From Camelus ferus (Eukaryota), in NCBI RefSeq assembly GCF_009834535.1, contig NC_045697.1, forward strand, positions 23,500,001 to 23,564,000: a stretch of 64,000 nucleotides of DNA. The letters are read 5' to 3'. Shown here piece by piece: positions 51,330 to 64,000 of the stretch; positions within the stretch are counted from its first letter, which is position 1, and every line of letters begins with the position of its first letter. The translations under genes and the position numbers were made by a program. The notes under the pieces were generated by a model. It did not search any database. It was not told where the DNA came from and worked only from the letters and a program-made list of their open reading frames with translations.

Positions 51330-51470
51330 TTTGAATTTTACAATGCATTACACTATTTAGTGGTTTCAGAAACCTTGTGAAATGATGTTGTCTTTATAGA
51401 AGATAAGATAATGAGGTTCAGATAGTTTAGGCAATTCAGTCAAAGTTACCTAGGGTATTAGTGAAAAAAA
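51330..51470 (-). mobile_element. MIR SINE
   Basis: aaaccttgtgaaatg…tttatagaagataagataatgaggttcagatagtttaggcaatt…aaagttacctag. Confidence 0.6.
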
Positions 51471-51850
51471 TATACCTTTAGCCCACATAAGCAACAAAAT
51501 TCCATTATTTTTCTTGTGGTGTAACAGTTTCAAATTGCAAGAAGTTCTCAAAAATAAGATATATGACATTTATCACCTTTTATTGATCTTATGAAGTATT
51601 TTCATATTTAAATAAACTCCAAAATTTGTAATTTTGTGTCATTTCTTAGCTCAACTTCATATTAAGGAAAACAAAATATTTTGGAAAAATATTCCTACAG
51701 AGTTTAGTGCTTATTTTTTAGCTATTGTATTATCTATCTTATTTTCTCCAATATAAGTAGTAGTAAATGGTTTCTCCAGTAGTAAAATGGTTGATACTTA
51801 ATGGAAGAAGGAACAATACCTTAAAACAGGGACTAATCAGATAACTACAT

Positions 51851-51877
51851 GCGCGCACGCACACACACACACACACA
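51851..51877. repeat. (CG)/(CA)n microsatellite
   Basis: gcgcgcacgcacacacacacacacaca read directly. Confidence 0.9.
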
Positions 51878-52789
51878 GACCTGAAGTGCCTGTTCTGACT
51901 ACACTAGGTTTATGTCATCACTGAACTTTCATTTGTTAAAGATGAGGACAATGCACCCATTCAAAGGCAGAGTTGTGAAATTTAATCTCACAAAGACTCT
52001 TACAGCCAAGTAGATTTTATTTTTGTCATAGGTTAAGTTTGATTTACTGTGGAAATATAGTGCTAAAACCTACCATTTAAAAAAAAAATCCGAGTTTTAT
52101 AATAATAAGCAATTAACCGCACAACTATATATTATGATACAGTATATTAAGTATCTGCGATGCTATCTCTACAAGAATATCTTAAATTTATTAGAAATCC
52201 TAGAATTTCATACTTCTAATCAAAGAAATACAGAACAAAATTTTATTTTGATATATATTTTAAAACATGTTAACAAAAAAATCTACCACTGATCTGTCAG
52301 AAGTATATTTCTGGATTATGTACATTTTATAATTGCTTTAGTAACTACATTGTTATGTACAAAATAAAGTCACAATATAAATACATTTTGGGTATTAAAT
52401 ATTGCAGAGAGTACAAGAAATAATCACTAATACCTGTTTTACACTTCTTATAAAAAGGAAAATTATGCTAAATTACAACCTGTATGAAATATGAGTCTAG
52501 TTTTCGAGAAGCTTTTAAAAGTATTCATGAATTCTTCTAAAAGAAACATGTCTTTGTATCAACTAAAATACATTGCTATCATATTTCTACATATATGTAC
52601 TCTGAATTTAAAGAATGAGTATGTACTTCCACTAACTAAAAATTTAGCTTAAAATACCTTGTCATGAATGAACTGTACTATTAAATAACACCTAAAAAGT
52701 TAGCCTTTCTACCTTAAATTGAATTTCTTCTCTCCAGTGTATGCACTGATTTACAAAACAACAAAATTTTCATCATTCAATATATAGGC

Positions 52790-53300
52790 TCACCACTGTA
52801 ATAGATGTCTGTTACTTTTTTGCTAACCACAATGCTGGACGTATGTTAAGTTTTCCCTGCTCAGCATAAGTGCACAATTTTTCCTATTGGAAACGTTCCC
52901 ACTTTCTTTTCCAGAGCCACCATACCCCTGTCTCATCCTCATGGTTCAAGGTTAGGTAAGTGGCCCAGTAAGATTCCATTTCAAAATATTTTCTGCAGTT
53001 TTGGGAAAGAGAAATCTCATTTTCATTTGAGATAATGAAGCTAGCAGAACAGAGATTTGGAGCTATAAGGATCATCTGGCCAAATGTGAATAGAGAAGGC
53101 TCTCTGCCTTCTTGAGGGTGAAACCAATATAGGGAAAAGTAAGATTAAGGTTTGAGAAAATGCAGGTTCCTGAAGACAGATTTAAACTCCTGGGGCCAGT
53201 CATTCCTGAAGCTGATTCTCTAAGTTTTGCTTTTCAATGAACTTATACATTTCCACTTTGAGTTCAATTTTTGTTGCCACAAAGAGCCTTGAATAGTTTT
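52790..53300 (+). mobile_element. Old MaLR LTR (MLT1J-like)
   Basis: ttcaaggttaggtaagtggcccag…ttggagctataaggatcatctggcc…tgaaaccaatatagggaaaagtaag…ccagtcattcctgaagc…tttgttgccacaaagagccttga. Confidence 0.6.
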
Positions 53301-54039
53301 AAAATATTGCTTACTAAAACATCCTTTAAATTGAAACATTTTATAAGAAGAAAAAAATCAAACTTCCTTCAATATGAATTCTTTAAGAAGAAACTATCAA
53401 TCCAGCCTTTATGTATTATAAAGTTTCTAATTCTACGCAACGATAGATACTTGTAAACTTGGTTTTTCAATCTGTAGATCAAAATGTGGTTATAATTTCA
53501 ACCACAACTTTTGAAAATCTAATTGGTTTCAATTAAGGTACATAAACCATATCCACTGCTTAGATGAAACTGAGAAAAACTGACAAGTTTCTTCATTCGT
53601 AACACATAAAAACCACCCATAAAATACATCAATCCCAAATGTGTGTGGCCATATTTCTTGATTTAGATTTTACAGCAGCTTTTCATAGGAATGTTAACCC
53701 AGTGAAGGGGAATGTCCCAGCCACGCAGTAGGGGAACATCAAGGCATATCTTATAAACCACGTGAATTTGAATAACTTTCTTCACACTCGAAAGCCTCGG
53801 GTTTTTTTCTGTATTGTGATAATATTTACTATCAAGAGTGGTGGCTGTGATTGATCAGACTGTACATGGGAGAATATTTTGTGAACTGTTCAATGCTGTA
53901 CAAATATTACATGTATGTGTATGTATGTATATGTGTATATATATTCTGTGCATGCATATATGTGCATTACATATATATGTAATTGTATTTCAAAAATCCC
54001 AGAAATCTGTCCAGATTTTGCAAGGTGTTTATACACCCT

Positions 54040-54170
54040 GGTGGTAAGAGTGCTATCTCTGCAGCCAGGCATCTCAGTTGAGATCAGATCTCTCCCACTT
54101 ACTAGTCATATGACCTTGGGCAAGTGTATTTATATTCTTGGTGCCTCAGTTCCCTTATATGTAAATAATT
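54040..54170 (+). mobile_element. MIR SINE
   Basis: gtggtaagagtg…cccacttactagtcatatgaccttgggcaagt…gtgcctcagttcccttatatgtaaa. Confidence 0.8.
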
Positions 54171-56557
54171 TTCATTAATTTGAGACAATTTTATTAGTTT
54201 GAGACAATTAGAACTTCCTTTCAGTGTTCTAGAAACCGGCGGAGATATTTGAGATGATATAAGACAATTTTTTTTTTTATCTTAGAGACAAACTTCTTCT
54301 GTGATGTCAGCAAAGGAAGAATGTGAAGGGGTCACATTTACACTAAGCTATCTGGGATCTATCTATCAATCATGTATCTATCTTCCATCTTTTTTTTTTC
54401 TATCTAAGTATCTATCGATACACATCCATACACAAAACCAACAAGCAACCTTCAAGTGAGTTTGGGTTTAAAATCATCAAGCTCATTATTGGAATTTTCT
54501 TGAAAAGATCTTGCGCAGTAATGTAGGCATGAAAATTAATGATTGAGAACATAAGGCAGAAAAACCAGTGAAGACCGTCATAATTCTCTCAATGAGAGAT
54601 GAAGGTTCAAGATTCAGGAGTTATTAACAATTTGGTATCTTTACAATATCAAGCCTCAAATCATGGGGGCCAGATACCATGCCAATAAATACAAGATCTG
54701 AAAGAATAATCCTAAATTCAATGGGATTGGAAATTGCTGATTATACCATCAGTCCCTCAAAAATATTAAATCATAGATCTTATTAGGCTATATAGGATAT
54801 ATTCAAGTGTCTGCAAACAGCAGGGAAGGGTTTTTTTAAATGTCATAATAAATGCATAACAAAAGAAAAAAAGTGTTTTCAACTTGATTTTTTTTAATGT
54901 AAAGAAATACAGTGGCAGAATGCTGGAGATGAGACAAAACTTTTTTGATTACATCTTTAAATTCTCAAGTTTTCAATGGCATTCTTTAAAATATGGAACA
55001 GTATTATTACTCTGTGAATTTGATTCCAATATTAAAAGACATTAATGTTTACTTAGGTACAAATCCATGGATACTTAAAACAGAGTGAAAAAGCAGATGT
55101 TTATATATTCACATATGGTCTCACATGATTTTTTTGAGATTGAGAAAAAAATCTGTTCTAGACATTGGAATTTACCAACATAATCATCATCTTTAAAATA
55201 ATGTCATGAAAATAATTTAAAGAAAGAGTCTAGCTACTCAAAAAAAAAAAAAAAGGTCCAAAATGTATTACTACAGGGTAAAATTAAGGCAGCCACATGT
55301 TAGAAGGAACAAGTGAAGACATTGATGTGCTATGCATTACTCCTCAGAATCTTTCCACTAATCTCGCTAGTCTATATGTCCCCTAAGAAAAGAAATCAAG
55401 TCTCCTTTATCATTTCTGTTCTTGGAATAGTATCCAGGATATAGAAGGTGTCTAATAAAAATTTATTTCTTAAATACAATTGTAGTAAGAAAATGGGAAA
55501 TAATTTATTGAAATAAGTAAATGCTTACTGTGCATTCACTATCACTCAGAATGGTGAAGAGTTTTATAAGGCTACAAGTGAAATGATTTAGTCTTAACAT
55601 GGAATAAACTTGCATGGAGGCCAAGGGCACAATATATATGCATGATACAGTTGAAAGTAGGATTTGAGAATTCTCACAGCATGCAATGATAAATCCTAGA
55701 TCAGAGGAAGTAAACTTCAATTATTTTAAACATAATATTTTGTTTTATTACAAGTAATTGGGTAATTGAAAAACCCTTGAAATAGCTAAAGAAGCAGAGT
55801 TGAGGCTTGTTCTTAAACAATGACTGCTAAACAGTACTACACATTAGACCAACACGGGAGCTTCTATTTCTGCACTAACCAGGAATGGGAGGAACTAGGA
55901 AGGACTGCTGAATTCAAAACAACACCAGTGTGGTTGTGAGCTGAGGAGCTGGAAAGTACAGATGTGATAACAGCTCATCATCCAAGAAGCTAGTGAATGG
56001 ACACCTGAACGCTGCGGTAGACAACCTACTATCTCCAGCACTGAGACTGGCAATAGAATGGTACTCTCTCTGATATCGAACTCTCAGATCTCAACAAGTA
56101 CATCCACTTAACAGTCTCTTATTTCCAGGCAAAACTCTACACACAATAGAAACTGAATTTCTAGCCCATGCATCATAGGTAAGTAGACCACAGGAAAATT
56201 AAGTGGATGCTGCAGACCAATCCATCAAATGCACAACAGCCCTCGACTTGGATTCTTCATCTGCAGCAGCCCTCTGCCTGTACTTGTACTTTCCAACAAT
56301 AATGTAGTTGCAACGACAAACTTCTGTCAAACACACGCATCATGTGTATCCCTTATATAAATGAAAAGTCCCAAAAGATTTAGTAGACAAGTTGAAAATA
56401 ACTCTAAGATATTTGATCTAATAAACTGAAAGGAAAAAAGTGGCGTATCCTGAAATGTGAAAGGCTATCAGAGGAAATACTAGGAATTCAGTTCTGGATC
56501 TGTAGCCTTAACACATGGTCCCACTCTTAAGCATATGGTCAGAGACAGATCTACAAA

Positions 56558-56720
56558 CCCTCCCTTCTTTCCTCCCTACCCTTCTTTCCCCCTCCCCCAC
56601 TCTTCCTTTCTCTTGCTTTTTCTCTTTCTTTTTATCTCTCTCTTTCTTTTTCTTTTTCCTCTTTTGCTCTCCCTCCTCCCTTTCCTTTCTTGAGTCCGTC
56701 CCTCTGTTCTTCTCTTCCGT
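56558..56720. repeat. CT-rich low-complexity tract
   Basis: Polypyrimidine run. Explains the S/F/L-rich ORF 56515..56889. Confidence 0.85.
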
Positions 56721-57501
56721 TGGTCCCTTAATTATTCATGAGCAGATTATAATCACAGTTTTAGCATTTATTTTCAATCAACACATTAACATATCAAAAC
56801 ACTGTGGTGAAAGACTGTGTCTTATCCAAAAGAGTATTTTGTTGACTTGGAATATTTTGTTGCCTATGTGGAATTTATTAAAACCTTGACAAATATTTAG
56901 TAAGTTTATCAGATTTATCTTACAGATAACTTTAATTCATGTGTCACATATACTTTCACATTATATTTTGAGGAAGTTTTAAAAATGTTTATGTATTTAT
57001 ATATCTGCATCTTTAGATGAAAAAATATACATTAAGTATTTTGACTAACTTCTTTTTCTCAAGATAAAAAAAAGTTACATAGTCTGTGTTGCTTTATTTT
57101 TCTGGTTTTCCTTATTCTCTTGTCTGTATGAAATATTCTTATACCACATAGCTTTCTGGGAATCTACTACCTTGCCTCCCAGTCTGCCATCCTTTTGGAA
57201 GCATTTCCTAGTCAAGCTGCTGCTTTGGATGCAGGGAAAATGAAGTTCTTTTCCTGAACATATTTGCACAACCTTGTAGTAACATTTTCATGTAACACTG
57301 TCATTATTGTTAATTCACCTGAGATGTCTACCCCACTAGACGCTAATCTCTCTGGGGGAAGGGAACATATGTTCACTTCTATATTCATTACCTCTTTCAG
57401 TTAACATTAACATTATTTTTTAATGAAAGCTTACCAGCTTTACAATAAAAATTGAATAACTCATATCCCCTATTCTTAAAAATTTTTTAATCTAATAGGA
57501 T

Positions 57502-57655
57502 GGGGAGAGGGTATAGCTCAAGTGGTAGAGCGCATGCTTAGCATGCATGAGGTCCTGCGCTCAATCCCCAGTACCTCCTCTAAAAGTAAAGAAAGAAAGA
57601 AAGAAAGAAACCTAATTACCTGCCCCCACCAAAAAAAAAAAAAAAAAAAAAAAAA
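57502..57655 (+). mobile_element. tRNA-Ala-derived SINE (camelid Vic-1-like) with poly(A) and TSD
   Basis: ggggagagggtatagctcaagtggtagagcgcatgcttagcatgcatgaggtcctgcgctcaatccccagtacctcc (A box, AGC anticodon-like loop, degenerate B box), then (gaaa)n, cctaattacc and A25 (57631-57655). TSD aatctaatagga (57489-57500) / aatctattagga (57665-57676). Confidence 0.9.
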
Positions 57656-58769
57656 CCCTTAAAAAATCTATTAGGAATTATTCAGTATGACATAATAAGT
57701 ACAATGATAAAGGTAGCCCAAGCATGTTGAAGTTACTTAATAATAAATTCTTGAATAAATGAAAGAATTAACAATGAATCTTCTGACAAGAACAACAGAA
57801 TCAATGATAGTGAAACCTTTTATGTTTGCACCTGAAGCAATGACCTAAATTTTTCTTTTTTTCACATTAATTCACAAATATTAAAAATCACTGTTATGGA
57901 CATTTCTTAGGTATTAAAGATGCTGGGCTTATTAAATAAGCACACAGTTCTAAGACCCAAAGGCAGTTGATTTCAGTGTTCTGTCAGAGAATACCCAAAT
58001 ATTTATCTAAATATTTTATTAATATAATATTCATGCAGAGTATGTGAAAAGCCAGTGTTCCCATTATTGCTCTTCAGAGCATGAATTAAGATGTAAAAAT
58101 TTATTAAAGATAATTACAGCCTTCAGTTTCCTATTAAATAATGGCTTAACATGAAATATATCATAACCTTACCATCATCTTTATCATATATATTCTAAAA
58201 TATTCATGAATATAATAAAGATGTATATATATATATGCTATTTGCTTACACACAAAATGTCATTTATACAAAATAATGTTGGTTTTCTCTTATTTATATG
58301 TTACTAATTTCTTTCTCCAGGAAAATATTTCACATCAGCACAAAAGATAATAGCATATGCCAGCCTCACTCTATTATGCGCTGTGTCTATTTTCTTCTTG
58401 TTGGAAATTAAAAATAACAGTAGTGAGCAGAGAGAGTTTATAAGCTTAAATAATTTATTCTGTGACATATAAATATATAGCTTTAATTATAGCAAATATA
58501 TTGGCAATTTCACAAACACAAAACTGCCACATTTAAATGACTTGTAGTATTAGTCATTGTTTAAACAATTTTTAGAAAACTAAGTGACAGGGTATATTGG
58601 TTAAGTCATAAACATACTTAGCAGCAAAGTACTTAATTAGCCCAAAATGGGAAAACAAATTATCATTTTGAAATAACTACCATTTTTTCCCACATACTCC
58701 AGAGCCATCAGCTATGGGAACTCGTATCATGATTTCTGTTTTTACGTCCCAAGCTGACTTCCTCCTATG

Positions 58770-59330
58770 TTGATTGAGTGCCTACGACATGCCAGGGGCT
58801 TTCCTTTGTGCTCGTGATATATCATGGAACAGAAGACACAAAACCTGCTACCGTCGTGTGATTTTCAGTTGGGAGCACGAGTTAATGAAGAATGAACAAA
58901 ATAAATATGTCAAGTGAGTGTGTATTTGGAGATGGTAAGGTAAAAAAGGGTAGAGCAGGGAAGCTGCCTTGCAGGTGTGGGAGGAGTTAGGATGCGGTTT
59001 TAAACAGGGTCTTAGGGTTTCAGGGTCACCTTAATTAGAAGGTAGGCCTTCAGCAAAGATTTGAAGAGCTTGGGGGAGCTCTTTAGGGGAAAAGAATCCC
59101 GGGTAGGGAAACAGGGCAAGTGTTTGTTTGCAGACAAACAAGGCTAGAATGGCTGCAGGCAAGTGAACTGGGGGTGGGCAGGAGAAGGCTCTTAGAACGG
59201 ACACAACTTGGCATCATCTCACAAAGGACTGTGAAGCCAGCGGGTGCCCATTGGCTTGTATTCTGAGTGAAGCAGGGGAGACAATGGAGGGTTTCAATCA
59301 GAGAGATTTCACAGATGTTCATTTTACCAG
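58770..59330 (-). mobile_element. L2 3' fragment
   Basis: tgattgagtgcctacgacatgccagg…ttttaaacagggtc…cagcaaagatttgaag…tattctgagtgaagcaggggagacaatggagggtttcaatcag. Confidence 0.8.
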
Positions 59331-60784
59331 GGATATTCCTTTATTCCTGATAAAATACTGGAGAATGTAGCTCATCAGCAGAGACTTACCTAGCATGCCA
59401 CTGGTCAAACTGGACCACGTGGGCCCCTCCACAGCAGGCTTGCCCCTCATACCTGCGCCATGAAGGAGCAGGTGGGATTCACATTCTTTGTGGGAAGTTG
59501 GATTCCCAGATTATAAAGAATAAAAGGAGAGTATAGGAATAAGGAGGTAGCTTTTCTTTCCAAATTTTCAAATCAGATTAAAGAAGTGAATGAGGGGTAC
59601 AGAAGAATCTGAAGTAGTTTATGGGGAGCTTCTCCAAGTCAAATAGGAAATCAGTATTGGGAAAGAAATGTTTCTTTCTAAGAGGACCAATCTTGGCTGC
59701 ATTTCTACCATGCTATAAGGAGTCTACCTCTGTAAGGAAGGCCTGAGATTATCCAGTTGAGTTAATCACTGTAATTCAGGTGCATGCTGCAGGTCATGTG
59801 ACCTTGCACTGAAGCCCCATGTTCAAATCTAGTTTGAATCAATAATAGCGATTTAATCTACATCAATCTGATTTCTCATTTCTCAGTTGCTTGGAAATCA
59901 GGAGAGGGGCAGTATCTATTAATTACTTAAACTGGAACAAAATGGAAACATGAATGATCAAAAGCAGTGGGGGGAACCAGAAGGTGTCACGTGGAGGAGA
60001 CGAGAAAGAAGTGCTCATCCTCTGAAAGGAAAACTATCGAGACAAGGGCATTAGCATTGGCCCATTAATTTCGGTTCCATGGATACAGCATTTGCATTGA
60101 GTTCCCAAGACAGTGGCATCTGAATTTTCCAGTATCAGAGAGGGGGTATGGACTAATGGGCAGTGGCACCAGGCACCCAAATATATTAAAACATATATTT
60201 AGAACTGAGAGAGATGAGAGTCATTTCAAGAGTCCTTACTTTCTTTTGAAAAGTATGATGACACTGGGTTGGAGCAAATTGTAGAATAGCTGTCGTTAAA
60301 ATTTTGGATGCCTAATAAAATTTTTGCTGTCACCTCTCAGGAGATCACCAAAGAGTAATTAAAATGTTTCATTTGAGGAGAGCATAGACATCCCTAATTT
60401 GAAGCATATGTTGGAGCGAGTATATTTTAGGTGAGAAAAAAAGCAAGCTGATCTGTACAAGAGTGTTAAAGTGTTAACCTGATACAGAGAAAAATCTCAG
60501 AAATATGTCTTGCAATTTGTATGTAGAAAAGAACAAACGGAATATATGTAGAAAAATAAGTTTGAACTACATAAAGGAAGCAAAATGTTCTCACTAAACT
60601 TTAAATCTATTCTTAATTCTAAGCCCTACAATGGAGTTTCAGAATTCATTCACTTTGAGTATTTTGCTACAGGAATAATTCTTTGGAATATTAATGCAGA
60701 AGGAGCATCTATGTTAAATTGAAGCAAGGAAGGATTGGTATTGTGACGATGCTTGCAAAGTTATTTCAGTTTTAAGATTCTCAG

Positions 60785-60885
60785 CCTTCGGCGTGCAGAT
60801 GAGTAATACGGAAGCTTCCTAAGATGCAGATTCTAAGACTTCAGCGCCAGAAATTCAGATTCACTGGATCTCGGATAGGGCATAG
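60785..60885. mobile_element. MER5-like DNA transposon fragment
   Basis: aagatgcagattctaagacttcagcgccagaaattcagattcactggatctcggatagggc resembles the MER5 core. Confidence 0.5.
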
Positions 60886-61940
60886 ACATGACTGTAATGA
60901 GCTCTCCACATGAGTCCAGTAAGTCCAATCAGTGTTGCCCGACACATGCTAGGGAAAGCTGCAGTGGTCTGTGTTAGCAGTGATGAAGACTTGAACTTGG
61001 GGTTGGCTGTGGAATGAAAAAAAGACAACAAACGAAGGAGAAATGTTGAATGTTCAACTATCAAGTTTGACCAAGTAAGTGTAAATACTGGATAAAAGAG
61101 GACTCATGAGCAGTCCTGACAACTTAAGCCCTGGCAATGAAGAGAGTCTTCACATTCTTAATGCAAATGAGAACTACATTTTAGAGCAGGAAGATAAATT
61201 TTGCTTTAAGAGAGCTAGAGTTTAAGATGGCATAAAGAAAATGAAATAGAGATGCTCACCAAAGTACACAAATGCTTTAGGGCCAGGGAGAGTGATGGAA
61301 GTAGTGAGACTTCGATTCAGCAATCAGCTATGTATATTAAGAAGTAAAATTGTAAAAGTGGCTAAAAGGAATATAAAGCTCAGACAATCCATTAAGTATC
61401 TGGGGAGAGTCGGGAGGGCTGAGGTTTGGACCTAGTCATGAAACTCACGTTTTCCCTGAGAAGTGACCCTTGAAATAAAATTGTAAGTTGGAACAGGGAT
61501 TAATATTGGGAAGAAGTTAAGAAAGCGTAATCCAAGTAGAGGCCACAGCCCCTGGGAACACCCAGAGACACGGGGGTGGGAAAAGCCACTTTCCAAGGAG
61601 CATCTGCAAGGAGATGTGACTGGAGGACCAGGAAAGGCAAGGTTCTGAGGACTTTTGTCTTTGTAGACCCAGTACAATAAATTTTTCTTTACAGTAAGAG
61701 CAATAAGAAGTCATAGGAGGCTTTTTAAGGGAGGAGAGTCCGAGAACCAGGTGCTGAGGACTTGCCATAAGGTGCTGTCATAATTTGGGAGCAGGTATGA
61801 ACTGCACTGTTGATCTCAGCCTGCTGCTGCCTCCCCTCATGTGCACTACAGGACAGCTGAATGTATCACTAAGAGGCCGCTCTGCCAGGTGCCTGTCCTG
61901 ACTCACACTCATTGTGTTACTTTGGAGAAATTCCTTAATT

Positions 61941-62100
61941 CAGTGCTTCTCAATGTTGGCTTCATGTTAGAACCATTTGGGGGCTTTAAAAAATACCAGT
62001 GTCCACCCTCACCTCCCAGAGATTCTGAAGTCAAGACCTGGCAGTATTTTCCAAACATCTTCAGGTATTTCTCATGTGTCTCCAAGACTGAGACCCATCG
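61941..62100. mobile_element. MER5B-like hAT-Charlie MITE nested within a MIR (~61850-62250)
   Basis: cagtgcttctcaa…ttagaaccatttgggggctttaaaaaatac…cccagagattctga…tcaggtatttctcatgtg…tgagaccc. MIR halves on both sides (tgtgttactttggagaaattccttaa / tgtttcctcatctctaaaagtggg). Confidence 0.75.
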
Positions 62101-64000
62101 ACTGTCACTCAATGTCTGTTTCCTCATCTCTAAAAGTGGGCTGATAGTAATGGTATGTGAACCTTGGAGATGCTGTGAGAGGATATGAGTCTGAAAATAC
62201 GTGGCCTAGACCTGGGCATATAGGGAGAGTTCAGTGCACATCAGCCGTTGTCACGGTCACTTCCTACAGTCATTCCCTCTGTGGCCCAAGTCTTCACCAC
62301 ACAGCACATCCATGGGAATAGCTCTTTCTTCAGCTTCCAGACTGCTACTCTGTCATGCAATGGTTCTTTTTCATTAACTGGTTATAGGAGGCCAGGGGTT
62401 TGTTAGGTGGTGAGGTTTCCCTGCTTTCTGCTTATAGATGTAGTAAAAATGCATTTGCATCACTTTTTCTAGAGGTGTGTTCTCACAAATTATTTATGCT
62501 TTTTTTCTCTCATTCCTTCCTGAATACAAACTGTTTTTCTCCTTACCCCTCCCCATCCATCAACAGGCCTTCCTTATTACCATCAGTATTCAAAATACAA
62601 AATGAACAAATAAAGCAAAAAGCAAAAACCCCTAAAAATTAACAGCCAAAAAACCCCCTTATTTGGACGGTAGGTGGACCTTTAAATGTAAATATAGATA
62701 CATTTTTTAAATGTTGACTATGGTTATATTATGTAATGCCACTCTTAAAACATGAAACTGTACTATGCCAAATAGTTGTAGAATCAAAATTTTGGATGAC
62801 ATCATTGCATTCTCCATAGAAGTCCCTTAATAGAAAGAGTGTTCAGTGCCATCTGCCCGAAACTACCCTGTAACCCTTATTTTTGAGTCCTTGGATGATG
62901 TATAACTTTGAACTTGGTCATCTGAGTAAAATGTGGATCACAGCAGTCTGCATTTTCCTGCCTGACTTTGCTTCCTGTATCGATTCACTGTTAAGAGGTT
63001 GTAACTCAGTCCCTAGATTTCTCATTACAATTTGTCATATATTATGATTCATCATCCCTTTGGCACTTGCAAATAATTTATCTTCTATTATTTTATGCTC
63101 CCTCAAATGTTCTCTAGTTAAGTCACATATGTCTACAGAGAAACTTTCTTGAGGTGAGAGACGGTGTTTTCGGATTGATGCCAGGCTAACAGAGCCAGTC
63201 ACAACGGAACCACCATTTTAGAGAGTGCACGAGGGCTATGTTTAATTTATTATTTTGTTCTTAGTTTTTTTTTTTTTTTAACAATGTCGACACATGTCCT
63301 CTCAGATGAGTAGAGGATGCCAGAATGACACAAATTAAGATGATCATAATGCTGACCAGAGCTCAGCTTGGTTCATCACCATCTTTGTTCACTTCAATCC
63401 CATGAATATGCTGAGTTATGCTCCGTTCAGAACAATGTTTAGCCATAAACATAACTGACTAATCATTTTGTCAGACAAAAGTTAAACCAAAAGTAAAATG
63501 CAAAATGAATAAAAAAGTATCAATTGAAAAAATATTTAAAAAATATAAAGCAAAAAATAAATTGTATTACATAATACACAAAGTTACCAAGGCAATCTAT
63601 GTAACGATTAAATATTTTTATTCTCTCCTGTATCTCTTATGTGTATTAGATTTATTTTATTAAATGAAGACTAGAAACTCAATACAGGAATGGACAATGG
63701 GATCACGAAGTTGGAAATCTTGGCAGAGGCATTTTTCAATACATCGAGATATGAACACTAGCACTTTGTTAAGAATTATATAAAAATATACAGTGTATTT
63801 AACTGTAATCATTATTTTCCACTCTGCCTAGGAAAAAGACAGTGCTGCAGTTTTCCAGTAATGACATCTGACAGGAGTAGCAGAATTAACTGCCTCTAGC
63901 TTCTAAAATTATGCGTTGTTGTTCCAATGTAGAAAAATCCTCAGTGTGATTAACATTTACTGTTTATACTAACAATGCTTAGCTGAGTTCCACTGAAAGC

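Noticed and set aside
57502..57580. Functional tRNA-Ala gene
   Set aside because: Degenerate B box and T-arm, followed by a SINE body, poly(A) and TSD, so it is a SINE.
58300..58420. Strong-looking splice acceptor (tactaat…tttctttctccag|g) as a coding exon
   Set aside because: Isolated motif with no convincing open frame or downstream donor. Such sites are common by chance.
59380..59500. Minus-strand donor-like sites (TAG|GTAAGT, CAG|GTATGA)
   Set aside because: No supportable matching acceptor or coding frame.
167..62642. Supplied six-frame ORFs as protein-coding genes
   Set aside because: All are short (135 aa or less). Many start at non-ATG codons or lie in L1, L2, LTR or low-complexity sequence. 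None resembles a protein I recognise, and no consistent exon chain is visible.
1..64000. CRISPR array, operon or other prokaryotic or viral system
   Set aside because: The sequence is clearly mammalian. There is no regularly spaced repeat-spacer array and no long ORF or recognisable viral protein remnant.

Overview
AT-rich, repeat-dense mammalian genomic DNA (intergenic or deep-intronic). It is most likely from a camelid (alpaca/llama/camel), inferred from a tRNA-Ala-derived SINE at 57502-57655 that matches my recollection of the camelid Vic-1-type family, plus cetartiodactyl-type L1 3' ends. I can support no protein-coding exon, and the supplied ORFs are chance or repeat-derived frames. Most recognisable sequence is decayed L1, L2, MIR, MaLR/ERVL LTRs, ERV1-type solo LTRs, MER5 and microsatellites. 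Family and subfamily names come from memory of consensus sequences, not from a search, and boundaries of old repeats are approximate. The standout is a ~2.4 kb L1-mediated retro-insertion (38841-~41249) of a cellular, apparently non-coding RNA. It is bounded by a target-site duplication (AGTGAATTACCAGAG) and an A-tail and interrupts an old L2. It carries the window's only CpG island, with intact ETS/CRE-type promoter motifs, apparent unspliced splice sites and several perfect RNA stems. A same-strand solo LTR rich in PBX/PKNOX-type motifs lies ~600 bp upstream. Two L1 remnants show twin-priming-like inversion geometry.
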